Assembly: GCA_031402225.1 (NCBI GenBank)
Contig: JANNSD010000152.1
Coordinates: 395 to 64,394 of the forward strand
Length of the DNA stretch: 64,000 nucleotides
DNA from: Gemmatimonadota bacterium
Lineage (GTDB): Bacteria; Gemmatimonadota; Gemmatimonadetes; Gemmatimonadales; GWC2-71-9
Direction: 5' to 3'
Shown: piece after piece, positions 9,758 to 17,782 of the stretch
How the letters are laid out: each line of letters opens with the position of its first letter
Position numbering within the stretch: position 1 is the stretch's first letter
The notes under the pieces: generated by a model
Databases searched by the model: none
Told to the model about the DNA's origin: nothing
What the model saw: only the letters and a program-made list of their open reading frames with translations
Position numbers and translations under genes: made by a program

Positions 9758-10464
9758 AGGGTGTCCTGCGCGCGGCGGTGGCGGTGGGGCTGATGTCGTG
9801 CAGTAACGCGGGCGAACTGGCCGATGGCGTCATCGAGATCCAGGTGATTGCGCCCCAGCCCCCCATCATCGATTTTGGCGACACGACCCGGTACGTCGCC
9901 ATCCCGCTCAACCAGGCGGGCGACAGCGTCGCCGCTCCGGTCGTGTGGGTAACGCCGGACGACTCAACCATAAAGATCATCGACCCGGCCACGGGACTGG
10001 TCACGGGCGTCAAGCCGAACAGCAAGGGCCGACTGGCGGCGACGCTTGGTACCCTCACCACCGGCTTCTTCACGCTGACCATCGTGGCACGGGCAGACAC
10101 AATCGTCATTCCCACCGACACGGTCCTGTCGGTGCTGGTCGACGAACCGGCGAGCCTGCCGCTGCTCCCGGTACTCGCATCATTCAACCCGGCCGGCCCG
10201 GTGGTCGGGCGGCGGGTGGTGTTCACCGTTGTACGGCCAACGTTCGCCGACACGACCGGTGTCCAGAACGTGGCGCTCACGAACGGTCGGCTGGTGGACT
10301 CGGTGCTGACCACCGCGGACGGCACGCCGGCCATCTCGATCGTGGTGAGCCGCGTGGCCGGCCGCCCGGCGCCGGATTCAGTCCTGGTTGCCGTGACGGC
10401 GACACAGTCCTCCGGAAACTCGGTGCCCGGCTCCGGCCGGCAGTTCCTGGTTCTCTTCGAATAG
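9754..10464 (+). CDS. Putative lipoprotein with Ig-like (Big_2-like) domain
   Basis: Lipobox LMSC; VVWVTPD...IDPATGLVTGV. Confidence 0.6.
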   Translation: MKGVLRAAVAVGLMSCSNAGELADGVIEIQVIAPQPPIIDFGDTTRYVAIPLNQAGDSVAAPVVWVTPDDSTIKIIDPATGLVTGVKPNSKGRLAATLGTLTTGFFTLTIVARADTIVIPTDTVLSVLVDEPASLPLLPVLASFNPAGPVVGRRVVFTVVRPTFADTTGVQNVALTNGRLVDSVLTTADGTPAISIVVSRVAGRPAPDSVLVAVTATQSSGNSVPGSGRQFLVLFE

Positions 10465-10479
10465 CGGGAGGACATCGGC

Positions 10480-12318
10480 GTGACCACTGCCCCTCTGTCA
10501 CCCACCCAACCCGGTACGCTCAACGAACTGTTCGTTGGTGCGATCGCCCGGTATGGCGATCGGCCGGTCGCCATGCGCTGGAAGCCGGCGGGCGCCGGCT
10601 GGACGCCGATTTCCTTCCAGCAGCTGTTCGAGCGGGTACGCTCGGTGAGCCTCGCGCTCGCCAACCTCGGTGTGCGGAGCGGAGACCGGGTGGCCATCCT
10701 GTCGGAGAACCGGCCGGAGTGGGCCATCGTGGACTACGCGACGCTGGCCCTGGGGGCCGCCGACGTGCCTGTCTACCCCACGCTGCCGCCGACCCAGGTG
10801 GAGTACATCCTGCGCGACTCGGGTGCCACGGTGGCGCTCGCGTCCAGTCAGGCCCTGCTCGACAAGCTGCTGGAGGTGCGCTCGGCGCTGCCGGCGCTCC
10901 GTCATGTCGTGGCCTTTGATGCCACCGCCCAGGGTCCCGACGTGCTCGCCTTCAGTGAGCTGGAGGCGCTCGGGCGCGAGTTGCCGGTCGAGGGATGGGA
11001 GGCTGCGGCCCTGATGGCGAGGGCGCACGACCTCGCCACGATCATCTACACGTCGGGGACCACCGGCAATCCCAAGGGAGTGATGCTGACCCACGGCAAC
11101 ATCACGTCCAACGTGGTGTCAGCGCTCGCGCGCATCCCGATCCAGGACGACGTGACACAGCAGGAGTGCCTCTCGTTCCTGCCACTGTCGCACATCTTCG
11201 AGCGCATGGCGGGGCACTACCTCATGACGCACGCCGGCGCCATCATCAACTACGCCGGGAGCATCGACACCGTCTCCACCGACATGGGCGAGATTCGCCC
11301 GACCCTCATGTGTTCCGTGCCCCGCCTGTACGAGAAGATCTACGCGCGGGTGCAGGAGAACGCGATGGCCGGCTCGGCCGCGAAGCGGCAGGTCTTCCAG
11401 TGGGCCAAGCGGGTGGGCGAGACGTGCGTGGATCTGGCTCTGGCCGGAAAGCCGGTGCCGCTCGCGCTGGCCGCGCAGCGCGGCGTGGCGGACCGCCTGG
11501 TGTTCCGGAAGCTGCGTGAGCGCACCGGTAACCGGCTGCGCTTCTTCGTGTCGGGCGGGGCACCGCTCAACGCCGACATCGCGCGGTTCTTCCTGGCCGC
11601 GAGGCTTCCCATCCTCGAGGGATACGGCCTGACCGAAACGTCGCCCGTCATCACCGTCAATACGTTCCGCGACCTCCGGCTCGGCACCGTGGGCAAGCCG
11701 CTCCCGGGAGTCGAGGTGAAGATCGCGCCCGACGGGGAGATCCTGACGCGCGGGCCTCACGTCATGCAGGGCTACTTCAACCAGCCCGAGGCGACGCGAG
11801 AGGTGCTCGAGCCCGACGGCTGGTTCCACACCGGCGACATTGGCGAGATCGACGCCGACGGGTTCCTCCGCATCACCGATCGCAAGAAGGACCTCATCGT
11901 GACGGCAGGCGGCAAGAACATCGCGCCGCAGCCGATCGAGAATATCGTCAGGACCAGCAAGTGGGTCCTCAACGCCGTCATGCTGGGTGACCGCCGGGCC
12001 TACCCGATCATGCTGGTGGTGCCGAACCTCACGTTGCTGCGTGAATGGGCCCGGCGGCACGCGTACGACTTTGTCGACGACGATGCCCTGCTGGCGCGGG
12101 CCGAGACGCACGAGAAGGTGGAGCGCGAGGTGAAGCGGATGCTCCGCGACCTCGCCCGGTACGAGGTGCCGAAGCGGTTCGTGCTGGTGAAGGAGGACTT
12201 CAGCATCGAGGCGGGCGAGTTGACCCCCACGATGAAGGTGCGACGCCGCATCGTAGAGCAGCGGTACCACGACCGGATCGAGGCGGCGTATCTCGAAGCG
12301 CCGGTGAGCCCGGGCTAG
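10480..12318 (+). CDS. Long-chain fatty acid--CoA ligase
   Basis: IIYTSGTTGNPKG, EGYGLTET, GWFHTGDIG, DRKKDLI. Confidence 0.95.
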   Translation: MTTAPLSPTQPGTLNELFVGAIARYGDRPVAMRWKPAGAGWTPISFQQLFERVRSVSLALANLGVRSGDRVAILSENRPEWAIVDYATLALGAADVPVYPTLPPTQVEYILRDSGATVALASSQALLDKLLEVRSALPALRHVVAFDATAQGPDVLAFSELEALGRELPVEGWEAAALMARAHDLATIIYTSGTTGNPKGVMLTHGNITSNVVSALARIPIQDDVTQQECLSFLPLSHIFERMAGHYLMTHAGAIINYAGSIDTVSTDMGEIRPTLMCSVPRLYEKIYARVQENAMAGSAAKRQVFQWAKRVGETCVDLALAGKPVPLALAAQRGVADRLVFRKLRERTGNRLRFFVSGGAPLNADIARFFLAARLPILEGYGLTETSPVITVNTFRDLRLGTVGKPLPGVEVKIAPDGEILTRGPHVMQGYFNQPEATREVLEPDGWFHTGDIGEIDADGFLRITDRKKDLIVTAGGKNIAPQPIENIVRTSKWVLNAVMLGDRRAYPIMLVVPNLTLLREWARRHAYDFVDDDALLARAETHEKVEREVKRMLRDLARYEVPKRFVLVKEDFSIEAGELTPTMKVRRRIVEQRYHDRIEAAYLEAPVSPG

Positions 12319-12914
12319 GTCGGTCCTGCCGGCCGCCGCGTCGCGACCCACCAGCCCCCGGCAGTGGCGATCACGTCGACCAGCCCTGGGTCGGGCGCGG
12401 GGCCCTCGCCCACGACGCGAAGGCCCGGCAACAGCACCCTCGCGGCCTCGCGAACCCACGTCGCCTCACCGCCAAGCTTGCCGCTCAGCACCACACCACG
12501 CATCGATGCCGACTTGAGCGGCAAGCGCGCGCCGCGCAGCACACTCAGGCCCCGTGCATCCGCCAGCGCGGCGGGGCCGTTCACCGCCACGATTGACACG
12601 CCCGGCAGCACGCCTTCCACTTCCTGCCAGCGCCCGGCTACCGGTCCGGCAAGCACGAGGTAGCCACCGGGGCCGGCAAGGCCCGTCAGTGCTGCCACCG
12701 AGCCGCCGTCGAGCGATGGCGTGGATTCGTCGAGCGGGGGCGCGTCGCCAAAGTCGAGGATGCCGTCCCGGATGCGAAACGTGCGGTGACACACTGGACA
12801 GCCGAGCTCCCCGGCATGCACGGAGCGCTGCACGACGGAGTCGGGAAGGAGGACGAGGTACGCCTCCGCATGGTCCCCGGGACAGCGCAGGTGGTCCGTG
12901 AGTTCGATGAACAC
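12315..12914 (-). CDS. Hypothetical protein: Trm112-like zinc-ribbon N-terminus plus degenerate methyltransferase-like C-terminus
   Basis: LRCP...LGCPVCHRTFRIRDGILDF; LPLKSASMRGVV...EAARVLLPG. GTG start overlaps the upstream stop. Confidence 0.55.
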   Translation of the reverse strand: MFIELTDHLRCPGDHAEAYLVLLPDSVVQRSVHAGELGCPVCHRTFRIRDGILDFGDAPPLDESTPSLDGGSVAALTGLAGPGGYLVLAGPVAGRWQEVEGVLPGVSIVAVNGPAALADARGLSVLRGARLPLKSASMRGVVLSGKLGGEATWVREAARVLLPGLRVVGEGPAPDPGLVDVIATAGGWWVATRRPAGPT

Positions 12915-14470
12915 TACGGCCGGAAATCCACCCAGGTCATCTTGCCGGCCTCGACCCGGACGCGTCGCAGCACCGGCGCGCCGCCAATGTCGACGCCCAT
13001 GAGGTACTCGCCGGGCGGGACATCGCCCACGGCAAAGTCCTCCCCATAGAGGGGATTGGGATGGTTCTTGTCGCCATAGGTCTCGGCGTAGGCATACGGT
13101 GTCTCCCGCGGCGTCGGCTTCACGATGCCGTACACGCGCGCCTGCTTCACTCGCGCGCCCGACGCGTCGCGCACGACGCCAGCGACAATGCCGGTGCCCG
13201 GCAGCGGCTGGATCCACAGTTCCGGGTTGGTGGTGTAGCTGGGGTAGCGGTTGAGCGAATCGACGATGGCCTTCATGGTGGAATCGGGCGCAGCGTGCAC
13301 CTCGAGGTGCAGGTGATCATTGGTTGCCCGGCCGCTGTTGCCCACGCGCGCGATCGGCTGGCCGGCGCGGACCCGGTCGCCGACCTTCACGTCCAGCCCG
13401 CTGTTGTGGTAATACACGGAGAAGATGAGCAGTGTGTCGCCGTTCATCGGCAGCACCCGGTCGTGAAGAATCGACACCGTCAGGGCACCGGCCTCCGCAC
13501 GCCCGGCGTACACGACCAGTCCATCGCCGATCGCAAGCACCGGCGTGCCGTCGGGATTGTTGAACTCGACCCCCTGGTGCGGCTGGAAGAAGCCGCCCAT
13601 GGTGCTGCCGTAGCGATAGGTCTGGTCGATGTTGTCGTTGGCCGGAGGCGCAATCGGCCGGCCGAACCAGGTGGTCCTTGGTGCCGCCGGCGCGGACGCC
13701 GCCGACGGCGCGGACGACTTCATGCGGGGGCACGGGGGCGTGCCCTTGGCAAACCCGCAAGAGAGTGCCGTCCCCGTCACCACGGTGGCCACGCGGGCCG
13801 TCGGTGCCACCGGCACCGCTCCGCCACGGCGCCACGTCCCGCCCGACGCCGCGAGCACCATCGTGCCGGTGAGGGTCTGAACCGCCCAGCCGCCCTTCAC
13901 GGCCGTGAGCGACAACACGTATTCATCATCGAGGAGCACGAACGCCGTGTCCGCCGGCCCGCGCGCGGCGGGCCCCGTCGCATCAATGATGGCGGTCCAG
14001 TGCGCGCCGTTGTCGGTGGTCACCTGCACACCGTCGGCGGTACCGATGAGCGTGGTGTCGCCCTTCGTGCGGATGCCCTCCGGCGCCACGTACTGCCACT
14101 CTGGACCGAGCTGCTTGATGGTCCAGTTGCGCCAGGTGGCGCCGCCGTCCGTCGACAGGCCCCAGCCGTTTCCCACCGTGCCATACCACACTTCGCCCCG
14201 TGGACCGAACGCAATTGCGTTGATGAAGTCCATCGAGATCGAGGTGCCCGTCGTGTCGGTGCGGATCCGTTCCCACGTGTTCGCACCGCGCTTCAGCACG
14301 AAGATTCCCTCGGCGTAGGTACCGACCCAGCGAGAGCCGTCCGGTGCCGTCACGTCGGTGAGGACCTGGACACCCCAGCCGGACGAATCCGGCAGCATGG
14401 GGGCGGATTGAGCGAGCGCGGGAGTGGACGCGAGTGACAGGAGCAGGACTGCGCGGCGTACGGCGGGCAT
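12914..14470 (-). CDS. Secreted M23 family metallopeptidase with N-terminal beta-propeller/BNR-like repeats
   Basis: HQGVEF, YYHN, GNSG...HLHLEV; Asp-box STDGGATW and TTDNGAHW. Confidence 0.85.
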   Translation of the reverse strand: MPAVRRAVLLLSLASTPALAQSAPMLPDSSGWGVQVLTDVTAPDGSRWVGTYAEGIFVLKRGANTWERIRTDTTGTSISMDFINAIAFGPRGEVWYGTVGNGWGLSTDGGATWRNWTIKQLGPEWQYVAPEGIRTKGDTTLIGTADGVQVTTDNGAHWTAIIDATGPAARGPADTAFVLLDDEYVLSLTAVKGGWAVQTLTGTMVLAASGGTWRRGGAVPVAPTARVATVVTGTALSCGFAKGTPPCPRMKSSAPSAASAPAAPRTTWFGRPIAPPANDNIDQTYRYGSTMGGFFQPHQGVEFNNPDGTPVLAIGDGLVVYAGRAEAGALTVSILHDRVLPMNGDTLLIFSVYYHNSGLDVKVGDRVRAGQPIARVGNSGRATNDHLHLEVHAAPDSTMKAIVDSLNRYPSYTTNPELWIQPLPGTGIVAGVVRDASGARVKQARVYGIVKPTPRETPYAYAETYGDKNHPNPLYGEDFAVGDVPPGEYLMGVDIGGAPVLRRVRVEAGKMTWVDFRP

Positions 14471-14484
14471 CACAAGACCTTTGC

Positions 14485-14520
14485 GTAGATCCTTCGGGCG
14501 CTGCGCGCCCTCAGGATGAC
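14485..14520 (-). repeat. REP-like palindromic element, second copy
   Basis: Minus strand GTCATCCTGAGGGCGCGCAGCGCCCGAAGGATCTAC has the same ends as 3175-3202 and a longer inner stem. Confidence 0.75.
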
Positions 14521-14528
14521 GGTGGTGC

Positions 14529-14584
14529 CTCACGTCTTCACGTCCTCACGTCCTCACATCCTCACGTCCTCACGTCCTCACGTC
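14529..14584 (-). repeat. Octamer tandem array, 7 copies (CTCACGTC on +)
   Basis: Read directly, with two single-base variants; overlaps the SDR stop codon. Confidence 0.97.
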
Positions 14585-15278
14585 AGACCGGCCCCAGCCG
14601 CAGCCAGTCCACATGGACGTTCGCCGGGCGCGTCGCGACGAACAGCACCGCCTCCGCTACGTCGCCCGGCCGCAGCATGCTGGCCCGATCGGGAAGGTGG
14701 GGCTGGCGATCGGGATCGATGGGATCCCACACGCCGGTGTCGGTGGGGCCGGGAGACACCAGGCAGAGCCGAACGCCGCTGCCCCGGAACTCGGCCGCCA
14801 GGACCTCGTGCAGCCCGCGCAACCCGAACTTGGACGCGGCGTAGGCGGCATTGTCCGGAAACGCCGAGTGATCGGCGACACTGCCGATGTGCACGAAGGT
14901 GCCGCGCCCGGCCGCGCGCATGGCCGGCAGCAGTGCCCGGGCCACGGCGAACGGTGCCCGCAGGTTGATGTGCACCTGCGCGTCGAAGTCGTCCTGCGTC
15001 GTGTCGTGGAGCGGCTTCATGATGAATGCGCCGGCATTGCTGACCACGATATGGGGGGGACCCAGCTCGGTGAGGAGGCGCGTGGCCGCGGCGTGCCAGG
15101 CGGCGGCATCGGTCAGGTCGCAGGGAACGTCATGGAAGACGCTGCCGCGCACTGCGGGCAGCGACCGGGCAATGCGCACCACCCGGGCGCCGGCGCTCGC
15201 GAGCACGGCCGCTATCGCGGCACCGATGCCGCGCGAGGCACCGGTGACGACGGCAACCTGTCCCGCGAGGTCGCTCAC
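14583..15278 (-). CDS. Short-chain dehydrogenase/reductase (candidate sepiapterin-reductase-like)
   Basis: [17 protein letters not shown]; translationally coupled to folE. Confidence 0.9.
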   Translation of the reverse strand: MSDLAGQVAVVTGASRGIGAAIAAVLASAGARVVRIARSLPAVRGSVFHDVPCDLTDAAAWHAAATRLLTELGPPHIVVSNAGAFIMKPLHDTTQDDFDAQVHINLRAPFAVARALLPAMRAAGRGTFVHIGSVADHSAFPDNAAYAASKFGLRGLHEVLAAEFRGSGVRLCLVSPGPTDTGVWDPIDPDRQPHLPDRASMLRPGDVAEAVLFVATRPANVHVDWLRLGPV

Positions 15279-15859
15279 TCGCCCCGGGGGGCGTGTGCCA
15301 GCCTCAGGAATTCGTCCCGGGTCCGCTGATCGTCGCGGAAGATGCCCCGGAGCGCACTGGTGACGGTGCGCGAGCTCTGCTTCTCGACGCCCCGCATCAT
15401 CATGCAGAAATGGGCTGCCTCGATGACCACGCCGACGCCATGCGGATGCAGCGCGTCCATGAGCGCGTCGGCGATCTGGTCGGTGAGTCGCTCCTGGACC
15501 TGCAGGCGTCGCGCAAACATGTCCACGATGCGGGCCGCCTTGGAGAGGCCCATGATGCGGCCGTGGGGCACGTACGCCACGTGCGCGCGCCCGAAGAACG
15601 GCAGCATGTGGTGCTCACAGAGCGAGTACAGCTCGATGTCGCGCACGAGGATCATGCTTTCGTGCGCCTCCTCGAACAACGCGTCGCCGATGACCTCGGC
15701 CACCGTCTGGCCGTATCCACGCGTCAGGAAGCGGAGCGACTTGTCCACCCGCTCCGGCGTCTTGAGAAGCCCATCGCGATCCGGGTCCTCGCCCAGTTCG
15801 GCGAGCATGGCCCGCACGTGGGGCGCGATGGTGAGGTCAGGCGCCGGCGTATTCGACAT
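15275..15859 (-). CDS. folE: GTP cyclohydrolase I
   Basis: [38 protein letters not shown]. Confidence 0.97.
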   Translation of the reverse strand: MSNTPAPDLTIAPHVRAMLAELGEDPDRDGLLKTPERVDKSLRFLTRGYGQTVAEVIGDALFEEAHESMILVRDIELYSLCEHHMLPFFGRAHVAYVPHGRIMGLSKAARIVDMFARRLQVQERLTDQIADALMDALHPHGVGVVIEAAHFCMMMRGVEKQSSRTVTSALRGIFRDDQRTRDEFLRLAHAPRGE

Positions 15860-16250
15860 AGTTCCTCGGAGTTTCCCAGAGACGAACACTCAGCGCCAGC
15901 TCGGCGGGCACGGCCTCGCGCAGCTGGCGCCAGATCACGACGGCGAGATTCTCGGAGGTCGGGTTGAGGTTCACAAACCAGGCGACGTCGAGATTGAGGT
16001 TCTTGTGGTCGAGGTGCCGCAGCACCCGATCCTCCGTCACCTGCTTCAGCGTATTCAGGTCCAGCACGTAGCCCGAGTCGGGGTTGATCTCGCCCTCGAC
16101 GCTGATATCCAGCTCGTAATTGTGCCCGTGAAAATTGGGATTGTTACAGACACCGAACGTCGCCACGTTCCAGGCGTCCGATCGGTCAGGATTGTGCAGG
16201 CGATGAGCGGCATTGAAGTGCACACGGCGCGTCACGCGGCATCTCGGCAT
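15837..16250 (-). CDS. 6-pyruvoyl-tetrahydropterin synthase family (PTPS-II-type CX5HGH motif)
   Basis: [39 protein letters not shown]. Confidence 0.92.
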   Translation of the reverse strand: MPRCRVTRRVHFNAAHRLHNPDRSDAWNVATFGVCNNPNFHGHNYELDISVEGEINPDSGYVLDLNTLKQVTEDRVLRHLDHKNLNLDVAWFVNLNPTSENLAVVIWRQLREAVPAELALSVRLWETPRNYVEYAGA

Positions 16251-16259
16251 GGAGCAGCC

Positions 16260-16325
16260 TCGGCGTTTGAGTATGCAGTAGGCACCCCGTGGTGCCCATC
16301 AAGTTCCCCGGAAAGCAAACGCCGA
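16260..16325 (-). promoter_or_regulatory. Candidate structured 5' leader (three-way junction) of the PTPS-folE operon
   Basis: Perfect 10-bp stem TCGGCGTTTG/CAAACGCCGA encloses a GGCACC/GGTGCC hairpin and a TTCC/GGAA mini-stem; the 3' arm abuts the GAGG RBS. Confidence 0.4.
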
Positions 16326-16351
16326 CCCCGCATGGAGCCGGCGCTTACCTG

Positions 16352-16510
16352 AAGAAACGGCGACGGAGAGGGTTACTGAAGCCCAACCGGAATGCTCGGC
16401 ACCCTCGTCATGGCTTTTGTCTTCCCCCGAGGGGCATGGCAGCAGCCACAATATCTGGGCCCTGGGCCTAACTTATCGGCTCGATAACGTAGATCCCCGC
16501 CACCGACACC
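16352..16510 (-). ncRNA. ssrS: Probable 6S RNA
   Basis: Long rod-like fold: closing stem CGGTGGCGGGGA/TCTCCGTCGCCG (G-U pairs work only on this strand), GTTAT/GTAAC, GAGCC/GGCTT, central bubble, TGTGGCT/AGCCATG. GAGCCGATA as in enterobacterial 6S. Own sigma-70 promoter. Confidence 0.65.
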
Positions 16511-16514
16511 AACT

Positions 16515-16543
16515 AAGTTAGGACACGAAGCCCAGACCGTCAA
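16515..16543 (-). promoter_or_regulatory. Sigma-70 promoter TTGACG-N17-TAACTT
   Basis: Near-consensus -35/-10 with 17-bp spacing immediately upstream of the ncRNA. Confidence 0.75.
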
Positions 16544-16559
16544 CACAGGAACCAATCTC

Positions 16560-16733
16560 ATGAATCCCCTGCCGTCGCTGGTGGCTGCCGTGGTGGCCCT
16601 GATCGCCTGGACCTTTCTGGTGTTCGTGCGGCAAGTGCCAAGCGGGCTCCCGCACGGGCTGTACGCGGTGGGGATCCTGCTTCTGGTACGGTGGCTGGTG
16701 CTGCGGCCAGGAGGTGAGGACGTCAGGACGTGA
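16560..16733 (+). CDS. Small 57-aa membrane protein (absent from ORF track)
   Basis: MNPLPSLVAAVVALIAWTFLVFVRQVPSGLPHGLYAVGILLLVRWLVLRPGGEDVRT; AGGA RBS; two hydrophobic segments. Confidence 0.65.
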   Translation: MNPLPSLVAAVVALIAWTFLVFVRQVPSGLPHGLYAVGILLLVRWLVLRPGGEDVRT

Positions 16734-16833
16734 GGACGTGAGGACGTGAAGTGACTAGCGGACTGGTGCCCCGTGCCCTCACGTCTTCACGTCTTCACGT
16801 CTTCACGTCTTCACGTCTTCACTTCCTCACGTC
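16711..16833. repeat. Inverted pair of octamer arrays (5 copies +, 27-bp spacer, 7 copies -)
   Basis: 16711-16750 GACGTGAG-type and 16778-16833 YTCACGTC-type, between convergent genes. Confidence 0.95.
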
Positions 16834-17782
16834 ATATTTCCCAGTTCGACATCAAGATCCCGTCCGTCTCCGGCTCCGGCGCATCGGACAGGGTCATCCG
16901 CAGGTCGGTCCAGTGCACGCGGAAGCCCCGCCCAACGAGATGCGCGTACGCGCTGCTGGCGGCGGTCTGGCAGCGAATGGCGACGCGCCGCAAGCGTGCC
17001 GCAATGGCGTCGGCCTGGAGTCCGTCGACCAGGCGCTCGAACGCCGCGGCATCGGTGGCCACGAGCTTGAGCACGCGCTGTTCATCGCGCGGGCGACCGG
17101 CCGCGAGCGGCGTCGACTGCCACAGCGCGAAGGCGACCAGCCGGCTGCCACGGCGCACCATCGTGGTATCTCCCAGGGCCATCTCGTGGGTCAGCAGGAG
17201 TTCGCGGGAAAAGTCGATTCCCGGCGCCACGCGCGCCGTAAGCTCGGCACATTCCGCGACCCCGGCGGCGAGATCGCCGGTCGAGAGCCGGGACGCATCC
17301 CGTGCGACCGCGCGTACGGCGTCGCGCAGCAGCGTGATCGTGAGGTGCCGCGGCACGAACCCCAGGGTGCCGTAGAACCCGATGTTGTCGGTCGTGCGCG
17401 GCATGGTCTCGAGGCCGATGGTCGTAGCTCCGCGAGCGCGGAGCAATTCGATGCCGGCCTGGACGATCGCGCTTCCCACGCCAGCGCCCTGCCGGTCGGG
17501 GCGGACTGCAATCGGGCCCATCCAGCCCTCGGTGCCCGACTGGTGCACCATGTTGAAGGCCGCGAGCTGGCCATCGGAATCGCGCCACAACATGGCGCCC
17601 TCGGCGGCATCCTCGATGGCGTAGCGCCACACCGCCGCCGTGAGCGGCGGCACCCGGACACCGGACAGGCCATCGCGCGCATAGCGATCGGTGAAGGCCT
17701 CGGTGAACAGCCGGTTGAGCGGCTCCACGTCGTCACCCGTGGCCCGGTCGGGCCCGTGCACGCTGCGGTCAGGCCGCCACAT
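16832..17782 (-). CDS. GNAT family N-acetyltransferase
   Basis: IAVRPDRQGAGVG acetyl-CoA motif and NIGFYGTLGF; overlaps the rad50 3' end. Confidence 0.85.
   Translation of the reverse strand: MWRPDRSVHGPDRATGDDVEPLNRLFTEAFTDRYARDGLSGVRVPPLTAAVWRYAIEDAAEGAMLWRDSDGQLAAFNMVHQSGTEGWMGPIAVRPDRQGAGVGSAIVQAGIELLRARGATTIGLETMPRTTDNIGFYGTLGFVPRHLTITLLRDAVRAVARDASRLSTGDLAAGVAECAELTARVAPGIDFSRELLLTHEMALGDTTMVRRGSRLVAFALWQSTPLAAGRPRDEQRVLKLVATDAAAFERLVDGLQADAIAARLRRVAIRCQTAASSAYAHLVGRGFRVHWTDLRMTLSDAPEPETDGILMSNWEI

Noticed and set aside
15837-16250. queD with a preQ1 riboswitch
   Set aside because: Motif is CX5HGH rather than CX3HGH, there are no queC/E/F neighbours, and the leader lacks preQ1 consensus.
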